Source of the DNA: Candidatus Bathyarchaeota archaeon B26-2
GTDB lineage: Archaea; Thermoproteota; Bathyarchaeia; Bathyarchaeales; B26-1
Length of the DNA: 64,000 nt
NCBI GenBank assembly: GCA_001593935.1
Contig: LUCE01000001.1
Coordinates: forward strand, 430 to 64,429
Reading direction: 5' to 3'
The notes under the pieces are model-generated. The model was not told the DNA's origin. It saw only the letters and a program-made list of their open reading frames with translations, and did not search any database. Below are positions 48,084-57,375 of this stretch, piece after piece. Position 1 is the first letter of the stretch, and each line of letters begins with the position of its first letter. Made by a program: the position numbers and the translations under genes.

Positions 48084-48106
48084 ACCCTCCGGAGTATAAG
48101 TGCGGC

Positions 48107-48364
48107 TTAAATCGATCTCTTGATCGCGGAGAAGGTTCTTTCAGCCACCGAGATGCAACTTAGGAGATCGTCTATCGTCGAGATGAAGGTTCCCACTCTC
48201 TCCCCACTGTACGAGATCGTTGTGAAGACCTTCGAACCGGAGGCCTTGGTCTCTACGGAGAGACCGCATGGTACCTTAACGTTGTCGGGGGAGACCGCTC
48301 TCGCTACGGCCTCAGCCTCACGTCGGTTCGCGTATTTTAGGAGAATCTCAGCCTCCATCTCCAC
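48107..48364 (-). CDS. pcc1: KEOPS complex subunit Pcc1-like
   Basis: 85 aa. The pattern AEILLKYANRREAEAVARAVSPDN...VGTFISTIDDLLSCISVAERT parallels archaeal Pcc1. Overlaps the upstream RecJ-like gene by 17 nt. Confidence 0.5.
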   Translation of the reverse strand: MEMEAEILLKYANRREAEAVARAVSPDNVKVPCGLSVETKASGSKVFTTISYSGERVGTFISTIDDLLSCISVAERTFSAIKRSI

Positions 48365-49814
48365 TTCTCTTCGTCCCTTCAGCTAGTTGTTTACCCACAA
48401 GTTCATCTACGTACTTTATGAAGGAATCTATCTCTTTTGCGGGTATGTAGGCTCCAGCTGCAACGTCGTGTCCCCCGCCCTCCCCTGAGAACCTCTCAGA
48501 AGCTGAGTGGAGAATCTCGCCGAGGTTTACACCTTTCTCGATGACTGTGTAAGACGCTCTGGCTGAGACCTTTATGTAGTCTTCATCCGGAATTATGGAG
48601 TAGGCGATCAGGGGTTTCTCTGGGTTCGGTAGGTTGGGCAGGATCATCGTCGAGATTGTGCTTATGACCTTCTCGTCGATGGATCTACCTCCATGGACAA
48701 CGTATATGTTGTTCAGTTCCTCTATCCTGTCCGGGTTCTCGTCAAGCCAGTTCAGATACTTCGTGATTGTGAGCCGGTACTCCTCCAAGACTTGGTTTGC
48801 TTCTTGGAGGCACCTTCCGCGGTCGCCCATACATATCGCGACCCCTAGACCGTTCTTGCCCATACGCCCCGTGGCGTTTAGGAGCACAGCGAACTCTCTG
48901 GCGTCCCTTAAGGGAGTCCAAGGCTCTTCCCTCTTCAAGGTGTAGACCATCCCTATGAGGCTCATAGCTACTTCGCTCTGAAGCCCCTTCGAGACCATGT
49001 AGTCGGCTATACCAGAGAAGAGCCTCCGTTTCTCATCCTTCGAGAGGTCTCTCAGAGCTCTCCATCTGTCGCCATCCTTGGTCTTTATTCCCAGAGTTGA
49101 GAGTAGGGCTAGGCTCTTATCCTCCTCCCCGCTTATCCCCGGTATGAAGGGGTTCGTTGTGTAGGCTAGGGCTTTGTGGATTGGACGGGTTTCTCTTCCG
49201 AAGAGCAGGAGGTCCCGTTCAACCTCCAAGAGGTCGGCCTCAATCGCGTCCTCAACTATAATCGAGTTGACGCCTCCAAGCCTCCTTCCTTCATGCTTAT
49301 CCTGCAGGTCACCTAGGGCGCCTACAACCCCCAAGTGGGACAGATCTATGTTCTTCTCGTTGAGGCTCTTCGCCACAAGATAGGTAACCCCGGCCCCACT
49401 GAGTTCACGTGAACCGTCGATCCCGTGCACATGTGGGTTCACTTGGATGAAGGTCTCGGGAGGCTCTCCGACCGGCTGATGGTGATCGAGGATTATCACG
49501 TTCTTCTCCGAGAGTCCCTCGCTGAGTATATCTAAGTATCCGCTGCCCATGTCGGTGAATATGGTTAGGTCCTGCTTTCCAGAAGATAAACTCTCAACCA
49601 CTTGCTCGTCGAGCCACCTCTCTATGCGGATTATGAACCTAGCTCCGAGGCGGTTTAGTGCCACGCCGATAATTCCGGCGGCAGCCAACCCGTCTGCGTC
49701 TAGGTGAGACTCAACCCTTACGAGGCCGCCGTCCTCAACATGTTCTCTTATGACATCTGCAGCCTTTGAAGAAGACTTAAGGAGAGCTTTAATCTGCCCT
49801 TCTTCGACTGTCAT
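48348..49814 (-). CDS. DHH-family RecJ-like exonuclease (archaeal GAN/Cdc45-RecJ homolog)
   Basis: HLDADGLAAAGI, IILDHHQP, GGGHDVAAGA (DHHA1) motifs. 488 aa. Confidence 0.75.
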   Translation of the reverse strand: MTVEEGQIKALLKSSSKAADVIREHVEDGGLVRVESHLDADGLAAAGIIGVALNRLGARFIIRIERWLDEQVVESLSSGKQDLTIFTDMGSGYLDILSEGLSEKNVIILDHHQPVGEPPETFIQVNPHVHGIDGSRELSGAGVTYLVAKSLNEKNIDLSHLGVVGALGDLQDKHEGRRLGGVNSIIVEDAIEADLLEVERDLLLFGRETRPIHKALAYTTNPFIPGISGEEDKSLALLSTLGIKTKDGDRWRALRDLSKDEKRRLFSGIADYMVSKGLQSEVAMSLIGMVYTLKREEPWTPLRDAREFAVLLNATGRMGKNGLGVAICMGDRGRCLQEANQVLEEYRLTITKYLNWLDENPDRIEELNNIYVVHGGRSIDEKVISTISTMILPNLPNPEKPLIAYSIIPDEDYIKVSARASYTVIEKGVNLGEILHSASERFSGEGGGHDVAAGAYIPAKEIDSFIKYVDELVGKQLAEGTKRSGDGG

Positions 49815-49845
49815 AACTATCCCGGGAGAGAGCCTCTAGAGGCGG

Positions 49846-50286
49846 TTACCTGATGTAAACAGCCGAGAAGGTAGGCTTCCAATCCCTCGGTAGAACCCCT
49901 CTGCGCTTATAGTACTCTGAGAGCCTGTGAATCTTAGACTCGACGAGTTGGAGAGCCCTCTTGTTATGTCTGTCACCTCTGTTCCGCTCTAGGTGCGCCC
50001 TCAAGTTTGCAGCCTTCTTCAGAAGGTTATCGAGGTCCTCTGGTATCGCTGGGGCCAGCCCGTTCTCCTTTAATATCTCGGTTACACTCTTCCCAGTCAC
50101 TGGCTTAACTAGGGGTATCCCATACTGGTCTCTGAGGATTATCCCTATCATGCTTGGGCTGTTCCCTTCCTTGGCAAGCTTGATCACTAAAGATTCAACC
50201 TCTTCAGGCTGGTATCTAAGCCATGTGGGAGGTCTCCTGCTTACAGGACGTGTAGAGTGGGACCGTCCCTTCTCCTTCTTCGGCAA
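49846..50286 (-). CDS. rps15: 30S ribosomal protein uS15 (S15P/S13e)
   Basis: [39 protein letters not shown]...[16 protein letters not shown]. Confidence 0.9.
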   Translation of the reverse strand: MPKKEKGRSHSTRPVSRRPPTWLRYQPEEVESLVIKLAKEGNSPSMIGIILRDQYGIPLVKPVTGKSVTEILKENGLAPAIPEDLDNLLKKAANLRAHLERNRGDRHNKRALQLVESKIHRLSEYYKRRGVLPRDWKPTFSAVYIR

Positions 50287-50510
50287 ATCTTCTCCTCCAT
50301 CAGACTCTAAAGAGCGAGAGGCTTGAGAGTATTTAAAAGCTTCGCCGCAGCGTAATTAACAGCTATCGCTGAGCCTTTCTTCCTGTGGAATTTGCCTGCC
50401 CGAAGCCTCACGAACCTTACAGTTTACTGCCCTCACAAAGGTCAGAAAAACTCTGATTTTGCAATAACCTTATCTGAGAGGGGGTTTATCCTAAAGGTGA
50501 GGGAAACGTC

Positions 50511-50831
50511 TTGGCTAAATGTCGTGTGTGCGGCAGAGAGTTAACCAAAGATATGAAGTACTGTCCTTACTGTGGAACTCGCGTAGAGAAGGTATTGACC
50601 GAGGAGATCTCCGTAGCGGCCGAAGACCTCGTCAAGAAGGTCAAGGGTCTGATCCGCGAAGGAAACGTCACAAAGATAATCGTGAAGGACAAGGATGGGT
50701 CGATACTGCTCGAGATACCTGTGACTGTTGGGTTGATCGGCGCGGTCTTGGCTCCCTGGATGGCTGCTCTCGGCGTTATAGCGGCTCTCGTAACAGAGTG
50801 CACGATCACCGTTGAGAGGAAGGAGAGCTAA
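50511..50831 (+). CDS. Zinc-ribbon + DUF4342-like small protein
   Basis: CRVCG...CPYCG, then LIREGNVTKIIVKDKDGSILLEIPVTVGLIGAVLAPWMAALGVIAAL. TTG start. Confidence 0.5.
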   Translation: MAKCRVCGRELTKDMKYCPYCGTRVEKVLTEEISVAAEDLVKKVKGLIREGNVTKIIVKDKDGSILLEIPVTVGLIGAVLAPWMAALGVIAALVTECTITVERKES

Positions 50832-51402
50832 ACTCAGAAGCCGCTTTATACCATTCTGCGAAGCTCCTCAAAGCCCTAGAGCGGTGTGACAGCCGGTTCT
50901 TCTCGTCGGTAGTCATCTCACCGAAGGTTCTGCCGTCGCCCTCCAAGGGGATGAAGATGGGGTCGAAGCCGAAGCCCGAGGAGCCTCTAGCCTCCAGTGC
51001 AATCGTCCCTTCAACGACCCCTCTGAAGAGCTTCACGCCTTCTTTAGGGCATGAGTATGCGACAACGGATTTGAAGTATGCTCCACGTTCTTCAACTCCC
51101 TCTAGGAGCTTGAGAACCCCTAGGCTTCCTATCGTCCGGTATACGTAGGAGGAATACGGCCCTGGAAAACCCTTCAGAGCCCTAACGAAGAGACCGGCAT
51201 CCTCAACTATTATGGGTAGGCCGCTCTTCTTTACGGCGTCTAGGGCTCTGAACCTCGCGACCTCCTCTAAATAATCGCTCTGAACCTCAACTGTTCCCAT
51301 CCTGAGCATGGCCGCCGCGATCTTGTATTGGGCTAGGACCCTCCGTGCCTCGTTGAACTTGTGGATGTTCCTCGTCACTAAGAAGATAAGTCTTCCCCTC
51401 AA
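50806..51402 (-). CDS. Non-canonical purine NTP pyrophosphatase (XTP/dITP diphosphatase, HAM1/RdgB family)
   Basis: VEDAGLFV..LKGFPGPYS, GFGFDPIF, EKNRLSHRSRAL. Confidence 0.8.
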   Translation of the reverse strand: MRGRLIFLVTRNIHKFNEARRVLAQYKIAAAMLRMGTVEVQSDYLEEVARFRALDAVKKSGLPIIVEDAGLFVRALKGFPGPYSSYVYRTIGSLGVLKLLEGVEERGAYFKSVVAYSCPKEGVKLFRGVVEGTIALEARGSSGFGFDPIFIPLEGDGRTFGEMTTDEKNRLSHRSRALRSFAEWYKAASEFSSPSSQR

Positions 51403-51453
51403 CGGGTTTCTACCTCTTATACGTCGACTCGTGACTTCCTCCCCTCCAGCATT

Positions 51454-52116
51454 TTATGTCTTTGAGGGAAGCCTCCTCTCGGAGACGTATCGACCCCTCA
51501 TCTCTATCTCCCGAATCTTCTTTAAGACCTCGTCGGTCGCCTCGGTTCCCATAACCTTCCTATAGCCTCTGATTATGGCTTCGAAGCATTCCTCGGCGTA
51601 TTTGTAGTGGGTGCTGAGCAGAGCCCTCTTCATCAGGTGGAGGTCAACCCCTCTCGATTCCACCTCCTCAGACTGTTCACTCAGACCGAAGTCGACGAGG
51701 ACAACCTTCCCAGAGGGAGTTAATATCATGTTCGAGGTTGTTAGGTCGCCGTGGATTATGCCGCCCTTATGAAGTCTTCCTATAAGCTCGCCTATTTGGA
51801 CGCATAAATGAGCCCTCTCCTCCTTGGATAACCCGTCGAGAACCTGCTTAACGGTCTTCCCCTCAACAAACTCCATTATGATCGTGGCCTCAGATGGGTC
51901 GACCATGAAGACTATCGGGGTTGGGACCCCTACCTCTTTGGCCCTATGAATTATCAGAGGCTCATGCTTGGTCCTCTGCCCTCTTATAGCCCTGTCGAGT
52001 TGAGGTAAACGGTACGGCTTCGGCAGCCTCCGCTTCGCGACGACCCTCCGACCGTGCCACTCTTCTAAGTACAAGCTCGCCTCAGCACCCTTCTTTATGA
52101 GCAAACGGTCATCCAA
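51454..52116 (-). CDS. bud32: KEOPS kinase/ATPase Bud32
   Basis: GAEASLY, short RIO-like kinase with HGDLTTSNMIL and VDFGLS. Overlaps kae1 by 8 nt. Confidence 0.75.
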   Translation of the reverse strand: MDDRLLIKKGAEASLYLEEWHGRRVVAKRRLPKPYRLPQLDRAIRGQRTKHEPLIIHRAKEVGVPTPIVFMVDPSEATIIMEFVEGKTVKQVLDGLSKEERAHLCVQIGELIGRLHKGGIIHGDLTTSNMILTPSGKVVLVDFGLSEQSEEVESRGVDLHLMKRALLSTHYKYAEECFEAIIRGYRKVMGTEATDEVLKKIREIEMRGRYVSERRLPSKT

Positions 52117-53158
52117 TCCTCTTCAGCTCCTCAACCCAAGGCGCGTAGACCTCGTCGAGCCTCCACCTCAACCTAACATGGCTCTCCTCGATAGGAGTCG
52201 TCAAACCGCAACGGTACGCCAAGATGCCGGTCCAAGCGATCATAGCTCCGTTGTCTAGAGCGTACTCCTTAGAGACCACACAGAACCTCGCGTCATGTTC
52301 CTCAGCGATCATTCTGATCATCTCTTGCAGCCTCCTATTCGCGGCGACCCCTCCTGTTAGGAGAACCTCGGGCTTCTCCGTGTGGGCTAAGGCTCTCTCA
52401 GTCACCTCAGCCAGCATAGAGAAGACGACCTCTTGGAAGCTGAAGCAGAGGTCCTCAAGGCTGTGTCCACCCTCCCGGAGCAGCTGGGTGGCAGCCGTTA
52501 GGAGGCCGCTGAATGAGAGGTTCATGCCCTTAACCACATAGGGGAGGGATATGAACTTACGTCCCTGACTCGCTAGTCTCTCAACGATCGCCGCGACTGG
52601 AAGCCCCTCCTCCGGACGTAAACCGGCCTCCCTAGCGAAGACGTCGATGCAGTTTCCGGCGGCGATGTCCAAGGTCTCCCCGAAGATGCGGTACCGTCCA
52701 GCCTCGAAGGCGGAGATTATCGTGCTTCCACCGGAGACAAATAACGTTACCGGGTCCTCCGCGTTCGTCACCAGCTTGCCGATCTCGATGTGAGCAACAA
52801 GGTGGTTTACGCCAACCAGCGGAACGTTCAGGTATGCCGCGAGAGCCCTAGCGACCGTTGCACCGGTGCGGAGACACGGTCCCATCCCTGGCCCTTGAGA
52901 GAACGCGACGATATCTATTTCGTCTGGGTTCACACTTGCCTGCTTAAGGGCTTCTACAAGGACTTTTCCAGCGACCTCGGCGTGGTGTCGGGCGGCCTCT
53001 CGCGGATGGATTCCTCCCCTCTCCGGCAGGTAAGTGCTTACAACGTTGGCTAAGACCTCTCCATCGGAGGAGAGTATCCCCACACCGAAGTCGTCGGCCG
53101 TACTCTCTATGCCCAGGCAACGCAAGGTTCTCGTCGAGGCCCCTCTCTTGGACGGCAT
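52109..53158 (-). CDS. kae1: tRNA N6-adenosine threonylcarbamoyltransferase Kae1
   Basis: LGIESTADDFGVGI, GPGMGPCLRTG, NHLVAHIE, TGGVAANRRL, DNGAMIAW. Confidence 0.9.
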   Translation of the reverse strand: MPSKRGASTRTLRCLGIESTADDFGVGILSSDGEVLANVVSTYLPERGGIHPREAARHHAEVAGKVLVEALKQASVNPDEIDIVAFSQGPGMGPCLRTGATVARALAAYLNVPLVGVNHLVAHIEIGKLVTNAEDPVTLFVSGGSTIISAFEAGRYRIFGETLDIAAGNCIDVFAREAGLRPEEGLPVAAIVERLASQGRKFISLPYVVKGMNLSFSGLLTAATQLLREGGHSLEDLCFSFQEVVFSMLAEVTERALAHTEKPEVLLTGGVAANRRLQEMIRMIAEEHDARFCVVSKEYALDNGAMIAWTGILAYRCGLTTPIEESHVRLRWRLDEVYAPWVEELKRIG

Positions 53159-53236
53159 AACCTCTCAGTCCATGACTGTTCTTAAAGTATACTTTATAGG
53201 GGAATAATTGATATTATTATATGTGAGGGGACTCTG

Positions 53237-53611
53237 ATGCCTAAGCGAAACGAGCTGGAGCAGAACGCTCTCCAGATAATTATAGAGACTGGGAGCAAAG
53301 GAGTCCTCCAATCCGAATTATGGCGCAAGATGAACGCAAGTAGTAGAGAGGGCTCCCGAATTTCGATCAAGCTCGAGAGTAAGGGTCTCATCTACCGCGA
53401 ACGCGAACTCCATAAAGGACGATGGACTTACCGCCTCTACTCTAAGAGGAAGCCGATCTCGATAGACTCGATAATCTCGTGCCCATGCCTAACATGCACG
53501 GAGAGCTCTAAATGTGAGGCTGGAGGAACAATCACTCCGAACGACTGCGAGAAACTGACCATGTGGATACTGGAGTCTGCGGGGGGTGAGGCTAACCCTC
53601 CCGGTGAATAA
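53237..53611 (+). CDS. Winged-helix + Cys-cluster protein, TFE-beta / RPC34(hRPC39)-like
   Basis: N-terminal wHTH pattern (GVLQSELWRKMNASSREGSRISIKLESKGLIYRE), then C-x-C-x2-C-x5-C-x10-C followed by W (CPCLTCTESSKCEAGGTITPNDCEKLTMW). Confidence 0.5.
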   Translation: MPKRNELEQNALQIIIETGSKGVLQSELWRKMNASSREGSRISIKLESKGLIYRERELHKGRWTYRLYSKRKPISIDSIISCPCLTCTESSKCEAGGTITPNDCEKLTMWILESAGGEANPPGE

Positions 53612-53614
53612 CGG

Positions 53615-54241
53615 TTGCCTAAAGAGTGGATTAAGAGACGGAAGAGGGACTACTACTACCGGAAGGCCAAGGAAGAGAAGTACCGTTCACGTGCATCATA
53701 CAAACTCATAGAAGCCGTTGAGAGATATAACTTCATCAGGCCCGGAGATATCGTTGTCGACTTAGGAGCGGCGCCTGGAGGCTGGATCCAAGTCTCTAGA
53801 GAGATTGTTGGCGAGAGAGGCTTTGTTCTAGGCGTCGACTTGAACGAGATCAAGCCCCTAAACTACCCTAACGTCCATACGATAACTGGGGACATAAGGG
53901 ACCCCAGCACGATTCAAAGGGTTCTGATGCTCCTCCCGAGGCTTGCAGACGTCGTCGTCTCGGATGTCTCCCCCAACATCTCGGGCATATGGGAATATGA
54001 CCACGGCCGTCAGATGGAACTCGCCCAGGCAACCTTGAAGACAGCGGCGTCCATACTTAGAAAGGGAGGCAACCTCTTCGTCAAGGTCTTTCAAGGAGAC
54101 ATGCTTAATGCCTTCCTGAGGGACGTTAAGAGGTTCTTCTCTGTGGTTAGATTGGTCAAGCCTAAAGCGAGTAGGCCTGAGAGCGCAGAGATATACGTCC
54201 TCGCACTCGGATATAAGGGCAGAGCCAATCCTGAAAACTAA
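53615..54241 (+). CDS. rlmE: 23S rRNA 2'-O-ribose methyltransferase RlmE/FtsJ
   Basis: YRSRASYKL, VVDLGAAPGGW, VVSDVSPNISG, KVFQG. TTG start 3 nt after the previous stop. Confidence 0.85.
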   Translation: MPKEWIKRRKRDYYYRKAKEEKYRSRASYKLIEAVERYNFIRPGDIVVDLGAAPGGWIQVSREIVGERGFVLGVDLNEIKPLNYPNVHTITGDIRDPSTIQRVLMLLPRLADVVVSDVSPNISGIWEYDHGRQMELAQATLKTAASILRKGGNLFVKVFQGDMLNAFLRDVKRFFSVVRLVKPKASRPESAEIYVLALGYKGRANPEN

Positions 54242-54402
54242 CAATCTCGGTGAACCGGAAGAAGATTTATAGGTTTCTCTCATCCTATCTTTAGCTTGCG
54301 CCGGATGAGGAGAAAAAGAGGTTGAGGCTAGAGCCTTAAATGGCTCCAATGAAATCTCAGAGTTACGCCGACGGCGCCTAAAAAGGCAAATGCGGCCTGC
54401 TG

Positions 54403-55644
54403 TTACATTGAGTCTCCGCTCTCAGCGACCCTAACTATGGTCTCGACCGCCGTCTCTAAACCGTTGAGTCGCGAAACAACCCTCTGAACCTCATCCATTC
54501 TCCTCCAGTAACTGCGGTCATTGAACATCTTCTCTATCGTGTCAAGCAACGTCTCCTTTGTGAGGTCATTCTGGTCTAGAACCTCTCCAACCCCAAGGTC
54601 CGCAACTCTCCTAGCGTTATTGAGCTGTTCGGTGTGGCTCGGGGTCGGTATCAAGATCATCGGCTTACCGTAGCAGATGGCTTGAGTTATAGTCCCATGC
54701 CCAGCCTTAGAAACCACGAGGTCGCAAGCCTTAAGGTACTCAAAGCGGTTCGGAACCCACGAGTAGACCGTGAGGTTCCCATACTGGACGGGACGGGTTG
54801 AGGAGTTTGGGTATCCAAGCGACATAACAACTTGATACTCATCCGGAATCTCCTTGAAGATCTTCTGGAGGATATCTGTTAGGTATGCACGTTCATTTAC
54901 TGGGCCGCTTATCGGCGCGAATATGAGGAAAGCGTCATCCTCGACTCCAAGTCGCCTCCTGATCTCTTCTCTGCTGGGTAGGTCGTCTGGGTGAACCGGA
55001 AGTATCGGCCCGATCAGCCTGACGCGTTTCTGGTAGGACTTTGGGATTCTCAGGTTCCCGGCTGACAGTGTATAGGGCGGAGGAAAGTCGGGTATCATGA
55101 GGTGGGTCGCGCCGCTCGTCCATATTTTGCCTATGGTGGCCAAGGCCCCGGTGTCGACGAGTTTGGCGAGCGTTAGAAACTTCGACTTCCTAGGAATTAT
55201 TATCTGAAACTGGTTGAGGATGGAGACGTCTGGTATGCCTAGAGCCTTCGCCGCTAGGAGGGGTGAGACACGGGAATCCGAGACGACGACATCCGGTTTG
55301 AAGGCTCTCATGAACTCGATCTCCCGCTTCACTTGCTTTATCAAAGTGAAGGACGCGAAGAAAGGCCCGGGGTTGACGACTGTCTGTCTGAAGTCCACCG
55401 TCCCGTCCGGCTTAACCATGAAGACCATAGAGGGCGCCTCGACGAGCGGAAAACCCTCTTGCTCGATGTATCTCACCGCGTCCCGATACGTCGAGAAGAG
55501 TATCTGAGCCCCCTTCTCCTCAAGTTTCCTAGCTATAGGGACGCATCTACCGGCGTGCCCAAGCCCGATTCCACAGATTCCGAAGTATATCCTCAACCCT
55601 GGATTCTCCGGGCTTCCTCGAGAGCTCAGCCCTAGGCCCATCAT
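54403..55644 (-). CDS. GT-B glycosyltransferase (GT1/GT28, MJ1255-like)
   Basis: N-terminal GICGIGLGHAGRC and C-terminal KAGHGTITQAICYGKPMILIP...EQLNNA. Confidence 0.7.
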   Translation of the reverse strand: MMGLGLSSRGSPENPGLRIYFGICGIGLGHAGRCVPIARKLEEKGAQILFSTYRDAVRYIEQEGFPLVEAPSMVFMVKPDGTVDFRQTVVNPGPFFASFTLIKQVKREIEFMRAFKPDVVVSDSRVSPLLAAKALGIPDVSILNQFQIIIPRKSKFLTLAKLVDTGALATIGKIWTSGATHLMIPDFPPPYTLSAGNLRIPKSYQKRVRLIGPILPVHPDDLPSREEIRRRLGVEDDAFLIFAPISGPVNERAYLTDILQKIFKEIPDEYQVVMSLGYPNSSTRPVQYGNLTVYSWVPNRFEYLKACDLVVSKAGHGTITQAICYGKPMILIPTPSHTEQLNNARRVADLGVGEVLDQNDLTKETLLDTIEKMFNDRSYWRRMDEVQRVVSRLNGLETAVETIVRVAESGDSM

Positions 55645-55820
55645 CTCCTCTCCATACTTCCATCGGCGCTACCAATCTTTAGCCATGCGGGAAATCGCGT
55701 AACCTAGTTGGGGAATAGAAAGCCTTAGATTAGCTGCGTCAATTGGCATCGCAAAGAGTTAGCGTGGAGGGGCCTCTTAACGATTTTGGAAAGACAAGAA
55801 TTCTGTGGGTACGAACCTTC

Positions 55821-56504
55821 TCAACGACTCAGAACTTGGAGTTGAACGAGGCCAGTTGAGAAGAATGATACAACCACCGAGTATATTATTAGGAGTACTA
55901 CCGCTATTAGGAGGTTCCTCTTCCACAATCCGCGGCTCCACCTCACACCCATAGGGAATCCGACCAAGAAGCCGAAGATGTGAGCCTCGTATCCTATGCT
56001 TCCTCCGGCGGTGTAGAGGACGGCTGCAACGTTGTATAAGAAGTAGATGATCGCTACCAGTCCTAGAGGCATGAAGAAGAGCCAAGAGAACTTTAGGGGT
56101 TTCGTGAGCATAGCTATAGCCGTCAAGGTGAAGATGGCGGCGGATGCCCCGAGCATCATAGTCTCCATACCGTAGAAGAGGATACCGGCCATGAAGGATG
56201 AGACTCCTCCGACCATGAAAGCTGCCACCACTTTCTTCGCTCCCAACTCTTTTTCCAAGGTGTTCCCGAAGACGAAGAGGAAGATCATGTTCCCAACTAA
56301 GTGGGTGAGGTCGGCGTGGATGAAGAGCGCAGTTATGACTGCTGAGATGTAGCCCTTAAAGAAGTTTTTTCCTTGGAAGATTAGGAGGGCATCCAAGAGC
56401 TCCGGCTTAATGTAGGGCTTAAAGACGCTGGCCTCGGAGCCAGCGTACCAGTAGAAGAGGCTTGAAAGGACACAGAGTATTATCAGCAGATTCGTCCTAC
56501 TCAA
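55821..56504 (-). CDS. Rhomboid-family intramembrane serine protease
   Basis: HADLTHLVGNMIFLFVFG, GASAAIF (catalytic Ser), AHIFGFLVG. 6-7 TM segments. Confidence 0.75.
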   Translation of the reverse strand: MSRTNLLIILCVLSSLFYWYAGSEASVFKPYIKPELLDALLIFQGKNFFKGYISAVITALFIHADLTHLVGNMIFLFVFGNTLEKELGAKKVVAAFMVGGVSSFMAGILFYGMETMMLGASAAIFTLTAIAMLTKPLKFSWLFFMPLGLVAIIYFLYNVAAVLYTAGGSIGYEAHIFGFLVGFPMGVRWSRGLWKRNLLIAVVLLIIYSVVVSFFSTGLVQLQVLSR

Positions 56505-56620
56505 GGAGGTTTACCGCCCCACCATTTAACGGCTAGACTAGATCGCCTCAAGCAGCATAAGAGTCTTTTCGCGGAAGTGTTCTTAAAGATACCGCATCTA
56601 TGTTAATTAGTAACCGTCAT

Positions 56621-57280
56621 CTAGAAAACTCTGGACACACACCCAGTCATGTTCCACTTATGAGACCTTTCGACATAGTCGTTCGGATCAGTCTCTCTGA
56701 CGGCTGCTTCATCGACGTCTAAGACGTAGATGGCGTGGAGACGTGCGTTCCTTATCTCGTCGAGGCTTACGGGCGGACTGCTGTAATAGAGGTCGCAGAG
56801 TTTCTTGATCCTGGCGATCTCCTCTGGAGTTCTATATTTAGGAGGCTTCGTTAGGGCTTGAGGTATCTGCATGACGTAGTGAGGAGGGGCGGCCAAGGCG
56901 AACTTGTCTGCGTAGCCACTGTATCGGGTGATCTTGCTGGCTATTCTAGCTCTGCAGTAGGTTATGGGGTCCAAAGCGTGTTCTGGAGGAACAAATCCCG
57001 TCTCAACCTCCACTATCAGCGTTCCAAGCCCCTTAACAGCGTAGATATCACAGGAGAGCCCGTCTAGGTTCCGCTCAAGGATGACGTCGTAACCGGCCGC
57101 GAGGAGATGCTTGGCGCACACGAGCTCCATAACCGAATGGTTGATCTTGACGAGGTTCCTCCTATGAAGATGGACAAGCCTATTCCTTAAGACCGTCAAC
57201 CTACCCTTAATACTCTCATCAGAACCTTCGCCAAGCTTCCTCAAGAGAAAGTCGAGGTCATCCTCGAACTTACCCAACAC
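56621..57280 (-). CDS. Hypothetical protein with Hjc-like PD-(D/E)xK nuclease-fold core
   Basis: The segment MELVCAKHLLAAGYDVILERNLDGLSCDIYAVKGLGTLIVEVETG parallels the Hjc pattern ER..V..L...GF.V.R....PDIIA.K.g...lIE.K. It is flanked by a ~45-aa N-terminal and a ~110-aa C-terminal extension. Confidence 0.4.
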   Translation of the reverse strand: MLGKFEDDLDFLLRKLGEGSDESIKGRLTVLRNRLVHLHRRNLVKINHSVMELVCAKHLLAAGYDVILERNLDGLSCDIYAVKGLGTLIVEVETGFVPPEHALDPITYCRARIASKITRYSGYADKFALAAPPHYVMQIPQALTKPPKYRTPEEIARIKKLCDLYYSSPPVSLDEIRNARLHAIYVLDVDEAAVRETDPNDYVERSHKWNMTGCVSRVF

Positions 57281-57343
57281 GAACCCATCCGCATAGAAGT
57301 CTAAAATGTTAGATAAAATATTCTAAAAATATGCATAAAAAAC

Positions 57344-57350
57344 TTTATAT
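57344..57350 (+). promoter_or_regulatory. Candidate BRE/TATA element for the structured RNA
   Basis: AAAAAAC-TTTATAT. The TATA centre lies about 26-29 nt upstream of the first base of the closing helix (57376). Confidence 0.35.
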
Positions 57351-57375
57351 CCAGAAACATAGCAACTAAAAAGTT

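Noticed and set aside
53858-54349. 163-aa minus-strand ORF.
   Set aside because: It is almost entirely antisense to the well-supported rlmE gene, with an implausible sequence.
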